The position numbers and the translations under genes are program-made. From a virus (taxonomy: Duplodnaviria > Caudoviricetes): 64,000 nucleotides of DNA. Shown in pieces: positions 39,270 through 48,600 of the stretch; the stretch's first letter is position 1; every line of letters starts with the position of its first letter. The notes under the pieces were generated by a model. The model saw nothing but the letters and a program-made list of their open reading frames with translations, made no database searches and was not told the origin of the DNA. The stretch covers positions 1-64,000 of the IMG/VR virus record IMGVR_UViG_3300027780_001580; one strand, written 5' to 3'.

Positions 39270-41944
39270 CCCCGAACCAGCATTGCTCTTACTTGTTTTT
39301 GCACACCTGCATTAGCAATCTTAGTTGCCAAGTCTGGTAAACTAACTTCACTACCTTGTTGTGTTCCACCTTGTTGTGTTCCACCTTGTTGTGTTCCACC
39401 TGTATTACCAAGCATTTTTTTAACTTGTGCTTCTACGCCTGCTTTTTTAATCTTTTGTGCTAAACTTGGAATTGCATTTGGTTGCGATGCTGTTGCACTA
39501 GTTGGTTCAGCACCTGCTTTAGCACCACCTGGAACTTTTGGTTTCTTAGCATTATTTCCAACTAACCCACCACCTGTTGCTTTAGGAGTTTCACCTGGAG
39601 CAGTTGTGCTAGATGGCTCTTGTTTGTCATTTTTAGTTGTTGCTTGTGCTTGTGTAGCTTTAGTGTTATCACCTGCTGTTGGCGCTTGTGTTGCGTCTAC
39701 GGCACCATCTGTCGCTTGTCCGCTGGCGTTTGGATCTTTCTCAAGTGGTTGTCCTGTATCTGTAGCAACTGTACCAATCTGTTCATCGCTTAACCCTTGT
39801 GCTGAAAGTATATTAGTAATAGATCCAGTGTCTGTAGGTTCACCTGCTTTTGTCCAAGCCTTGTTAAGTTTACGTGTTGTAACTTTCTGTCCTAATTCTT
39901 TACCTGCTTTTTTTGCTGTACCTGCAACTGCGCCTACAGCCTTGCCAAGGCCTTTGTTTGCTACTGCACCTGCTTTGTCTAAGCCAGAGCCTACTGCTTT
40001 ACCTGCACCTTTAGCCGCCGCTTTACCTATGTTAGCCGCACCTGCCGCGGCTTTCTTGGCCATTTGTTTAATGTCTATTTCATTAAGAATGTAATCTTCT
40101 AATTCGTAAAAGTATTGTTCTTCTAACTGTTCAGCATTTTTATAAACTTTTGATTCTTTCTTTGCACCTTTTTCTACATATTCTGATTTGGCTAATGCAC
40201 CACCAAGTGCAACTGCCGCCGCACCTTGCATAACTTTTTCTGCAACATCTTGAGCAAAGGTATCTCTAAGTGTATCCATACTTGCTTCTGAGTTGGACAT
40301 TATAACCTTGTCCATAAATTCTTTTACTAATGGGTTGTCTGGATCTGATTCTGCAAGTGCATCAATTGCGGCAAACATTTTATCGTTGAATATTTCTGGT
40401 GCAACTGATAAATTTTTAATTGCATAAACAATATCACCGTTTGCATCTACACCTTCAATTTGCACATCAACTTGAGCCATCCAAGGTTTCTCAGTTCCAG
40501 GCAATTTAGTTTCAACTTTACTTGTAAATGTTTCACCTGCTTCGTATTCACCTTCTATACCACCAATTACTTGTGGCTCACTGCCCATGAAACTGTTTAA
40601 TTCATCACTTGCACTAATTCTAACGCCTTCACGGAAGTTTGATTGATCAACTGCTCTTTGTAATTGTGTAGCCGCTTGTAAATCTTCAAACTCTTGATCA
40701 GACATTCCTGCTTTTAATAAGGCATCTTTATTTTCATCTAACCAACCATTACGTGGAAATTCGCTTGAATCAATATTAAATTTGTCGTTAAGTTCATCTG
40801 CACCGTATTGTGCTTTAACTGTACCTACTTCGTCACCTGATAATTTATCTGCATCTGGTGCACCATCGCCTGCAGGCTCACCGTACTCACCATCTTCGCC
40901 TGGTAGTGGTTCTGCAGTAGTACTTGTTGAAACATCATTAGCAGAAACTTTTACATCAACGCCTCGACCTTCAATACCAAACTCGTCTTGAATTGCGTCA
41001 ATAGATCCTTTGAGGTTATCACCAGCACCAAGTGTGTTAATTTTATCATTTAATTGATCTAACTGTTGCTGTAACACTTCACTTTCTTCAGCACCTAATT
41101 TTGGAATCATTTCTTCCATTGCTGAACGTGCTTGAATTAATTCTTTAGCCGCTGTGGCATCAATATCAGTAAGTGATGTTGCATCCATTGCATCAAGTTG
41201 ACTTATGTCAATAGCACCATCTTGGTTTACAAAGATATTTGTAACATCTGCTGGGAACATATCTTCTGCTGTTCCTGATATAGCATCTCCCAGTCCACCT
41301 GCAATAGCACCAAGTGCCGCGCCTTTAACACCTTTAGCAACTGCCGTTGATAGTTTATCGCCTTTAATAGTGTTGTTTGCTAACTTTAAAAAGAAACCAA
41401 TTGCGGCACCACTTAAAATACCACCACTTGCAAATGCAAGTACTGATGTCATAGCACCAATAATAAATGCACTCTTGGCTGGATTGTCTTTTGCAAATCC
41501 GCCCCACTTATCAACTCCTGCAAGAATCTTTTGTCCTGCTGGGTTTCCTTGTAGTTTAGTTTTTAATTGTGCTTTTAATTTTTCAAATTGTGCATCAAAG
41601 TTTTTAACAGGTCCGCTGTTTGCCGCAACATCCATTAACTTGTTAATTTCAGTTTTCATCTTGCCTGAAACTTCAGAAGTTACTTTACCTGCTTTACCTA
41701 ATGCTGTTAAATTCTCACCGCCTTCAATTGATACTTTTTCAGCCTGTGTAAATATTTTTTGTATTTCGTCTGGTGTAATGTCAGCTTCCATTAAGTTGCT
41801 GTACTGCTCAACTAATGGCCAAACATTCTTTTCCCATGAACCTACATAAAGTCTTTGATGCTCAGTTAACATTTCCCATGACTGAGATTCTGTCAATATT
41901 GCTTCTGACTTAAGGTTGTATGCTATTACTTCTTGTAGTTTCAT
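39266..41944 (-). CDS. Large putative internal head/ejection protein
   Basis: 892 aa, MKLQEVIA start, Gly-zipper hydrophobic segments, acidic middle, Ala/Lys-rich low-complexity C-terminus. Confidence 0.55.
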   Translation of the reverse strand: MKLQEVIAYNLKSEAILTESQSWEMLTEHQRLYVGSWEKNVWPLVEQYSNLMEADITPDEIQKIFTQAEKVSIEGGENLTALGKAGKVTSEVSGKMKTEINKLMDVAANSGPVKNFDAQFEKLKAQLKTKLQGNPAGQKILAGVDKWGGFAKDNPAKSAFIIGAMTSVLAFASGGILSGAAIGFFLKLANNTIKGDKLSTAVAKGVKGAALGAIAGGLGDAISGTAEDMFPADVTNIFVNQDGAIDISQLDAMDATSLTDIDATAAKELIQARSAMEEMIPKLGAEESEVLQQQLDQLNDKINTLGAGDNLKGSIDAIQDEFGIEGRGVDVKVSANDVSTSTTAEPLPGEDGEYGEPAGDGAPDADKLSGDEVGTVKAQYGADELNDKFNIDSSEFPRNGWLDENKDALLKAGMSDQEFEDLQAATQLQRAVDQSNFREGVRISASDELNSFMGSEPQVIGGIEGEYEAGETFTSKVETKLPGTEKPWMAQVDVQIEGVDANGDIVYAIKNLSVAPEIFNDKMFAAIDALAESDPDNPLVKEFMDKVIMSNSEASMDTLRDTFAQDVAEKVMQGAAAVALGGALAKSEYVEKGAKKESKVYKNAEQLEEQYFYELEDYILNEIDIKQMAKKAAAGAANIGKAAAKGAGKAVGSGLDKAGAVANKGLGKAVGAVAGTAKKAGKELGQKVTTRKLNKAWTKAGEPTDTGSITNILSAQGLSDEQIGTVATDTGQPLEKDPNASGQATDGAVDATQAPTAGDNTKATQAQATTKNDKQEPSSTTAPGETPKATGGGLVGNNAKKPKVPGGAKAGAEPTSATASQPNAIPSLAQKIKKAGVEAQVKKMLGNTGGTQQGGTQQGGTQQGSEVSLPDLATKIANAGVQKQVRAMLVRG
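39353..39400. repeat. 15-bp tandem repeat x3 (encodes GTQQG)
   Basis: ACCTTGTTGTGTTCC three times in tandem. Confidence 0.9.
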
Positions 41945-41954
41945 GTTATAATCC

Positions 41955-42500
41955 TTATAGTAATTTCGCTAGTTCTGCTTTGTCCTGAGGACTAAGTGCG
42001 TCGATTGCTTTTTGGATATCTGCTGGTATACCACCTGGAGCACCACCTGGAGCACTACCGCCTGCGGCACCTCCTCCAAACTTATCACCTAAACTTGCTG
42101 GAGCCGCTTTTTGACCCACTGCCGCTTGACCTGCTTGTCCTTTAAATGAATCTTGCGAAACACCTTGTAGAATAGTGTCAACTTCTTTAGGAGTTATTGG
42201 ACCTGTCTTACCTGCTAATTGTTTTGTTGGAAGTTTTTGTTTTTGTAAAAAGTCTATAACTTCTTCTGCATTTGGCTTCTTATGGTTAGCACCTGTTTGA
42301 CCCATAAATGATCTGTACTGCGTAAATATTTCCTTTGCCCTAGCGTTAGCATCTAATCCACCTTGGATACCAGCCGCTGTTGCTTTTGCACCAACTGCGC
42401 CTGCTACTTTAGCACCTGCTTTTTTAGCTAAGTTACCAAGTACGTTGCCGCCAGGAGCCTCAGAAATAGTTGTTTCTGTTACTATCTGATTTATTTTCAT
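41955..42500 (-). CDS. Putative internal head protein
   Basis: MKINQIVTETTISE|APGG N-terminus, Ala/Gly/Lys-rich body, TATAAATA late promoter upstream. Confidence 0.55.
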   Translation of the reverse strand: MKINQIVTETTISEAPGGNVLGNLAKKAGAKVAGAVGAKATAAGIQGGLDANARAKEIFTQYRSFMGQTGANHKKPNAEEVIDFLQKQKLPTKQLAGKTGPITPKEVDTILQGVSQDSFKGQAGQAAVGQKAAPASLGDKFGGGAAGGSAPGGAPGGIPADIQKAIDALSPQDKAELAKLL

Positions 42501-42567
42501 AGCTTAAACTCCTTTATATAATATATTTATACTTAATTAGTCTCAAACTAACCGTAAATACTCGACT

Positions 42568-42753
42568 ATGGTTACACATTATATTGTAATGGATGGAAAC
42601 AACACCGAAGTAGCACAAGTATACAGCTATGAAGAAGCCCTCCTAACACAGCAACAGTTAAATGTCATGAATCCCCAAGAAGAATACACTATTGTTGAAA
42701 AACAACATAGTTATATCAAAGCTGGATTCGGTCGTGATCCTGATCTACATTAA
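42568..42753 (+). CDS. Small hypothetical protein
   Basis: 61-aa ORF ending GRDPDLH, with TAAATA at 42555-42560. Confidence 0.6.
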   Translation: MVTHYIVMDGNNTEVAQVYSYEEALLTQQQLNVMNPQEEYTIVEKQHSYIKAGFGRDPDLH

Positions 42754-42894
42754 TCGCGAGTGTCCATTAAGAATTGTATGTTAATGTATATTATTGTATT
42801 TGTGAGTGTATTGTATTGTTTGGAACAAGTACTACGTACTTGTTGTTTATCGCTATCGCTCAAACACTTCTATCTTTTATATAACAAGTGTTTA

Positions 42895-43325
42895 TATATG
42901 AATAATATAAGTGCGAAGCACTTTAGCATTATCTAGATAGTTAAGCCACAATTCGCCCGTTGCCGGACGAATTAAAAAAAGTGGAAACTCCTACATTATC
43001 TGAGTGAGCATCGCCACAACATGTTAAAGAAGATTTGTATGATATACAATGCATTCAACAATTTTAATAGTTAAATGTATAATATATAGTACAACGGAGG
43101 CGGCGTACCGCATACCCCCTACTTCAGCATTCGCAAATATACGCGGAAAGCAGTTGATCCCTAACAGTCGAAATCACTTACTCAGTGGTTGCTTTTTCTC
43201 AGAGCCACGATCTTTTATACCTAAGTTAGTATTGTCCTTGCAACTCGCTACACCCATCGACAGTATTTCATGCAGAATCTTAGCGGATCGAGCAACCCCG
43301 ATCAATCAATGTTGCTATGTTGTGC
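42895..43325 (-). ncRNA. Putative large structured non-coding RNA (~430 nt)
   Basis: Part of a ~570-bp gap in a gene-dense genome. At least seven stems on the minus strand, with GCAA (42950-42973) and UACG (43096-43119) tetraloops and G-U pairs that work only on that strand. Confidence 0.65.
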
Positions 43326-43748
43326 CTATATGTTTTTTAATGCTTCGATTAAGATTTTAGAACTGCCAACTCGTACATTAATGATACCGTTGTAATATTC
43401 ATCGGTCTCAAGTACTCTACGATCAAACTGTTCTTTTGCCTCTATGTAACTTAAAACGCCTCTGCTAGGACAAAAATGCAAAATTTCTCTTGTAAATTTA
43501 TCTTCGCCTAATGTTGCAACGTCTGCTAATAGCTTGTCACTAGATCCCCAATAAGTTTTCCAGTCACTTTCCTTAGTTCCACGTCTTTTATTTTTTCTGC
43601 CTTTTAGCGGCGGTTTAGTTGTTTTAAATCGGGCTAATTTTTTGCCTATGTACTTGCGGTCGTTAGTTAAGTTTGTTATCAAATATACAAAACCTTCGCA
43701 GTCTGTTGGAAGATCCTCTATTTTCTTGTTTTGATAAGTCCACTGCAT
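43326..43748 (-). CDS. GIY-YIG endonuclease (T4 EndoII/Seg-like)
   Basis: GFVYLITN...KYIGKK, YWGSS, FTREIL, EAKEQ and YYNG.I. Confidence 0.85.
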   Translation of the reverse strand: MQWTYQNKKIEDLPTDCEGFVYLITNLTNDRKYIGKKLARFKTTKPPLKGRKNKRRGTKESDWKTYWGSSDKLLADVATLGEDKFTREILHFCPSRGVLSYIEAKEQFDRRVLETDEYYNGIINVRVGSSKILIEALKNI

Positions 43749-43772
43749 GAACTTACTTACTGTTGCCTGTGA

Positions 43773-43979
43773 TTATTGTTCTTGATTGTGGTTTGTCTTG
43801 TTAGATGTAAAGTCGTCCATGATCTCTACTCGTCGAGCAGAGCATAGTCGTCTAATTTCACTGAGCCACTTACGAGCTTCACGCTTAGTACGTTCGCTTT
43901 TACGAATTTCAAATGATTCGTTAGCTTTATAGTACCGCATGTACGCCTTTGTAAGTAGATCATGTGTATCGTCTTGCAT
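43773..43979 (-). CDS. Small basic helical protein, possibly DNA-binding
   Basis: 68 aa; the REARKWLSEIRRL...RR.EI pattern resembles small histone-H1-like bacterial/phage proteins. Confidence 0.5.
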   Translation of the reverse strand: MQDDTHDLLTKAYMRYYKANESFEIRKSERTKREARKWLSEIRRLCSARRVEIMDDFTSNKTNHNQEQ

Positions 43980-45757
43980 TACTGAATCTCAATATCGTTA
44001 TCGTAGCTAGTAAATCCGTTCTCTTTAATAACTTTAAGCACGTTAGTAACACGCCCAATTAATTCATCTTTGTGTGAAATTAGATATACGTTCTTATTAC
44101 GTTCTCTAGCCATCTTCTTTAAAATACTAATTGAACATTCAACACCAGCAGTATCCATACCACTATCAATAAGCTCATCGATAAACAATAAGTTAATATT
44201 CTGGTACAAACTTTCCCATACGTCACGGAATGACCAACTCATACCAAGTATAAGTCTATTACGCTCTCCTCTTGACAAGTTATCAAAGTCTAAGTCTTGT
44301 CCTAGCTGTTGTATCTCAACAGTAAGATCGTTTTTAAATACAACTGTATGCGGAAGACCGATCTTATCAAGATAGTATGTAAGTCTGTTGTTTAAGTATG
44401 CTAAGTTTTGTTCAATAATCTTTTTACGAATAAAACTATCTTTATTTGTTAACAACTTGTACAAGAAGTCTTGATGTTCTTTTTCACTAGTTAGGTCGTT
44501 AACAACTTCCCAATTAAGTTCTTGAATAGCAGTTTCATTCAAATCATCAATCTGTTCTTGATAAGGATCAAGTTCTTCTTGCTTTGCTGTTAATGCACTC
44601 TTCAAATTATCAACATTACTTCTATGCTCGTATGCTTCTTTAGCATTTTCATAAAATGTATTAGGTTTACTTTCAATATCACCTAGTTCAGAAATCTTTG
44701 TAACAACTTTATCAAACTTATCAGCAATTTCAATTAGGTATGTGTGTGCATCACCGTAATCTTTTTGTAATTTTTCTACAAGTTCTTCTAATTTGTCGTC
44801 ATGTAAGTCTTGCCCACAAGCATAACACTTTGCGTGTTCTAAATCGTCTAGTTCTTTACCAGACTTCTTCATATTCTTGTCAGCTTGTTCTAATGCACGT
44901 TCAACTGTTGATCGTTCTTTGATTAAATTGTTACTCTTGGTAGTTTTTTCTGACCAAGTACTAAGAAGATCGTGAGCTTCTAGCTCAGAGTCAATGTCTA
45001 GCTTTTCTAAATCTTTAATTGCTTTATCTAACTTGTCACAGTCTTGTTTATTTTGAGAAATCCAAGCCTTGCGCCTAGTATGCAATCGATCAATGTTTTC
45101 TTTAATTTTTTCGTTGCTTGTTGTAACTGCTTGTAGTCTAGCAGTTTCTTCTGTAAGCTGATCTTTAGTTTTTTTAGATTCTTCTCTAAGTCTGTCAGCT
45201 TTTTTAGATAATATAGTAATACCTAGTAACTGTTCAATGATCTCTCGTTGATCATTACTCTTTAATGATAGAAAGGGTTCTGTATATGTGTTTAATGCAA
45301 GTATATGCTTAAACATAGTATGACTCATGCCAAGAAGTGTGTTGATATCTTCTTGAGTCTTACGACTATCACCTTGACTTTCGTCAGTAATCTCTTGATC
45401 CTGATCATCAATACTAAATTTTAACAAATTAGGTTTACGTCCACGTTCGATATGATATTTTCTACCATCTTTTTCAAACGTAAGTGTTACCAACATCGCT
45501 TTGTTATTAGTTTTATTAACTAAATTGTCCTTGCGTATGTTAGTTAGTGCTTGGCCGTACAGAGCATATGACAACGCATTAATAATTGTTGTCTTTCCTG
45601 TACCGTTACGGCTCCCAGAATCGTCACCTCCTTGATCTAAGTTTTCACCAAGCACTAACGTCAGTTGTTCGCGGTCAAAATCAACACCTTGTGTAGAATT
45701 ACCTACACTCATAAAGTTTTTAACTGTTAATTCTTTTATCTTAATCATCTCTACCAA
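43979..45757 (-). CDS. gp46: Recombination endonuclease subunit, SbcC/Rad50-like (gp46)
   Basis: KNFMSVGN, Walker A NGTGKTT, zinc hook CYAC, signature LSRGE, Walker B FIDE and ISH. Confidence 0.95.
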   Translation of the reverse strand: MVEMIKIKELTVKNFMSVGNSTQGVDFDREQLTLVLGENLDQGGDDSGSRNGTGKTTIINALSYALYGQALTNIRKDNLVNKTNNKAMLVTLTFEKDGRKYHIERGRKPNLLKFSIDDQDQEITDESQGDSRKTQEDINTLLGMSHTMFKHILALNTYTEPFLSLKSNDQREIIEQLLGITILSKKADRLREESKKTKDQLTEETARLQAVTTSNEKIKENIDRLHTRRKAWISQNKQDCDKLDKAIKDLEKLDIDSELEAHDLLSTWSEKTTKSNNLIKERSTVERALEQADKNMKKSGKELDDLEHAKCYACGQDLHDDKLEELVEKLQKDYGDAHTYLIEIADKFDKVVTKISELGDIESKPNTFYENAKEAYEHRSNVDNLKSALTAKQEELDPYQEQIDDLNETAIQELNWEVVNDLTSEKEHQDFLYKLLTNKDSFIRKKIIEQNLAYLNNRLTYYLDKIGLPHTVVFKNDLTVEIQQLGQDLDFDNLSRGERNRLILGMSWSFRDVWESLYQNINLLFIDELIDSGMDTAGVECSISILKKMARERNKNVYLISHKDELIGRVTNVLKVIKENGFTSYDNDIEIQ

Positions 45758-46757
45758 GCTCCCGGTATATATCTAACAGCTTTTTCTTGTCAAAGTTGTC
45801 TGATTCAATTGCTTCAATCTCTTTAGATACAATCTCGTCAACACTTTCAAACTGTGCAATGTCAATTTCACTGTTCATAGCTTCGTCTTGTGTACTTGGA
45901 ATCAGTGTAATCTCTCTGCATTCATATTCTTGAATAAATGTTTCTTTAATAAAACTTGCTTCTTCGTAACTAATAGGTAAGTCTAATGAAACTCGCAAAT
46001 ACATCTTAGGTTTAATAAGTGTATCTTTCTCATCTAATAGTCGACTTAGTTTTACAGTACGATACTTAGGGCAGTTCCACCAGTTAATATACTCAGGTTC
46101 ACCATCGTGTTCTAAAATCATCATGCCACGTTCGTCATCCCATGCATCTGCATAGTTGTGTGGCAATGCATTTCCAATATAGTGTACAGGTCCTTTAACT
46201 TGACGCTTATGAAAGTGTCCACTAAACACATATTCTTGGTGTTGGAAATGTTCTGCTCTAAGTTCTCCGTGGTCTGGCATCTGTACCATAGCATTCATAT
46301 AGAAACTAGGCAGTTCAAAGTGTCCAAATATATACTTGCTTTTAATTTTACTAATCTTTTTCCACTCATCTCCTACTAACCAAGGAACAAGTGTGCTATC
46401 ACCAATGGTCATAATTTCATTAACCATTGTAATGCCGTCAATATGTTTACCAAATGCAACAGAGTTTAAATCTCTTTTGTCTTTGTAGTATAAATCGTGG
46501 TTTCCAGGAAAGAAGTAAAAGTTTTCAAACGCTTTACCCAACTTTTCTAAAGAACGCAGAGTAGCATCAAGTGTTGTAATGTTCAAACTGTTTCTATTAT
46601 GATGCCAATCGCCCATAAAGATACCAGTCTCACAGCCAGCGGCTTGAGCTTGTTCAATGTACCAATCTATGAATTCTTCACAGTCGTCATTGTGCGTTTT
46701 TGAATTGGACTTTAGTCCAAAGTGTATGTCTGTAAAGACAGCGGCCTTTTTAAACAA
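45741..46757 (-). CDS. gp47: Recombination endonuclease subunit, SbcD/Mre11-like (gp47)
   Basis: Metallophosphoesterase motifs TDIHFG, MGDWHH, GNHD, GHFE and SGHFH. Confidence 0.95.
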   Translation of the reverse strand: MFKKAAVFTDIHFGLKSNSKTHNDDCEEFIDWYIEQAQAAGCETGIFMGDWHHNRNSLNITTLDATLRSLEKLGKAFENFYFFPGNHDLYYKDKRDLNSVAFGKHIDGITMVNEIMTIGDSTLVPWLVGDEWKKISKIKSKYIFGHFELPSFYMNAMVQMPDHGELRAEHFQHQEYVFSGHFHKRQVKGPVHYIGNALPHNYADAWDDERGMMILEHDGEPEYINWWNCPKYRTVKLSRLLDEKDTLIKPKMYLRVSLDLPISYEEASFIKETFIQEYECREITLIPSTQDEAMNSEIDIAQFESVDEIVSKEIEAIESDNFDKKKLLDIYRELGRDD

Positions 46758-46783
46758 ATCATTTACCTCACGAATTATACTTT

Positions 46784-46812
46784 ATTGTACAACATATAGA
46801 TTCAAGTGTCAA
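46784..46812 (-). promoter_or_regulatory. Sigma70-type promoter for the gp47-gp46-GIY-YIG operon
   Basis: TTGACA-17 nt-TACAAT. Confidence 0.75.
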
Positions 46813-46813
46813 C

Positions 46814-47644
46814 CTATTTCTTTTCAGTTGCTTTTTTATGCTTTTCAAGTTCAGCTTCCCACTGACCTTGGTTCTGTCTAGTAAAGGAAGGATTCATATT
46901 GTTCATCTCAAGAATATCATCTCTAATATTTTGATTACGTTTTTCAATATTAATAATTCTTACAAAACTATTTGTAACAGCCGCAGTATAATATGCAAAC
47001 GGATTATTAGACTTTGATTCGTCAAATTGTAGACCAATCTGCGTTAGCTGGAGAATTGCTTGTCCACGCATTTCGTCATTGTATGTATATCCACGTACAT
47101 TACCTCGGGTAGCATAGCGTTCGCACAACTTCATCCACATCAGTGCAAGTTTGTTAGTTGCTTGTCCGCCACTTAAACTAAAGTAACCATTTTCCATACC
47201 ACCTTCCCAATGACTTTTACCTACAAGTTCAAGTTCATCGTTAGCATTAAACCTATAATGCACGTATGGAGGAAAATTTAACTTAACTTTAGTATCAGCT
47301 ATAGTTTTAGGGTTTTTCTTACGACCCGGTTGTTCTGGAACATGATCATATGTCATGACCCTAAATACCACGTCTTGTTTGGTTATTGTTTTATAGTCAA
47401 CTTCGGTTTCAGCTTGTTTAACCTTCTCACCAGCCAGCTTCCTTCGTTCGTATTCTGCATGACCAATACGTTTAGCTTGGGCTCGTTTAGCTTCTGCTAT
47501 AGTTCTAATGTTAATTTTATCAACACTTGGTAATATTAAGTCAAATTGTGCATCCGCAGGGTCCATAAAACTGCTGAACGTGCTCTTTGATTTATGTATC
47601 TCAGACAACAAGTCTCGATTGTTTAAGTAATTCACTTTTCTCAT
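46814..47644 (-). CDS. gp55: Late-transcription sigma factor (gp55-like)
   Basis: VNYLNNRDLL, GYTYNDEM, FDESKSNNPFAYYT....NSF.RI...EK. Confidence 0.85.
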   Translation of the reverse strand: MRKVNYLNNRDLLSEIHKSKSTFSSFMDPADAQFDLILPSVDKINIRTIAEAKRAQAKRIGHAEYERRKLAGEKVKQAETEVDYKTITKQDVVFRVMTYDHVPEQPGRKKNPKTIADTKVKLNFPPYVHYRFNANDELELVGKSHWEGGMENGYFSLSGGQATNKLALMWMKLCERYATRGNVRGYTYNDEMRGQAILQLTQIGLQFDESKSNNPFAYYTAAVTNSFVRIINIEKRNQNIRDDILEMNNMNPSFTRQNQGQWEAELEKHKKATEKK

Positions 47645-47669
47645 TTAAGTTTTCTCCAGGTTATACTCT

Positions 47670-47698
47670 ATTATAAACTACATACTTAATAAAGTCAA
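47670..47698 (-). promoter_or_regulatory. Sigma70-type promoter for gp55
   Basis: TTGACT-17 nt-TATAAT. Confidence 0.75.
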
Positions 47699-47724
47699 CT
47701 AAATAACGTAAAGGAGTTCGCCAA

Positions 47725-48600
47725 ATGTCAGACTTTGATATAGCTAAATTAGGTAATACAATTAAAAAGGGTGTCACAGAGGGTGCATCTGCGTTAGCGG
47801 CCGGCGTACAAAGTGCGGCACAAGATATCTCAGATTTTGTTAATGTAGATGGATTTGCTAAAAATAATCGTTCTAAGAATTTACCAATTGATGGTAATCC
47901 TCTTGCATCTGCTGATGGTAAAGTTGAATTTAAAAGACCAACTGCTAGGGATTGGCGTGTTAGGTTAAGTGTTCCGAATGTTGCTAGTTTCAAATCATCT
48001 CCACTGTTAAAGCCTTTAAGTGATACTAACGGATTAGTATTTCCGTTTACTCCTACTATTATTGTTGCACACTCTGCCAACTATAGTGCAATAGCCCCTA
48101 CACATACTAATTACCCCTATTTTGCTTATCAGAACTCACAAGTGGATCAACTTGTTATTACTGGAGACTTTTTTGTACAGAACGGAATAGAAGCACAGTA
48201 CTGGGTAGCGGCACTACATTATTTGCGTTCAGTAACTAAAATGTTTTACGGAGGGGACTCAGAAACGCTTGGAGCACCGCCTCCAATTGTTAAATTAAAC
48301 GGGTACGGTGACTTTATTTTTAACAATATTCCATGTGTGGTTACTAACTTTACAGTTGACCTTCCACAAGATGTTGATTATATTGCAACAGGACTTGACG
48401 ATATAACGATTGAAAAAACTACAGAATTATCACCAGGCAAACCTGTTACATCATCACGAAACGGGGTAAGCTGGGCACCAACACAGAGTTTAATTACAGT
48501 AACAGTACAACCTATATACAGTAGAAGAGAAATTGAACAGTTTAGTTTACAGAAATATGTAAACGGTGACTATATTAAAAACGGAAAAGGATTTATTTAA
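47725..48600 (+). CDS. Baseplate/tube-initiator-like protein
   Basis: FPFTPTI...HTNY...GAPPP.V.LNGYG...FNNIPCVVTNFTVDLP.DVDY tube-fold motifs; first gene of the baseplate operon. Confidence 0.65.
   Translation: MSDFDIAKLGNTIKKGVTEGASALAAGVQSAAQDISDFVNVDGFAKNNRSKNLPIDGNPLASADGKVEFKRPTARDWRVRLSVPNVASFKSSPLLKPLSDTNGLVFPFTPTIIVAHSANYSAIAPTHTNYPYFAYQNSQVDQLVITGDFFVQNGIEAQYWVAALHYLRSVTKMFYGGDSETLGAPPPIVKLNGYGDFIFNNIPCVVTNFTVDLPQDVDYIATGLDDITIEKTTELSPGKPVTSSRNGVSWAPTQSLITVTVQPIYSRREIEQFSLQKYVNGDYIKNGKGFI

Noticed and set aside
43049-43360. 103-aa plus-strand ORF over the putative ncRNA
   Set aside because: No SD or promoter, atypical composition, overlaps the GIY-YIG 3' end in antisense, and the RNA structure signals point to the minus strand.
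42895-43748. Group I intron with a homing endonuclease
   Set aside because: No interrupted gene flanks the region and I could not find the conserved P7 core sequences.
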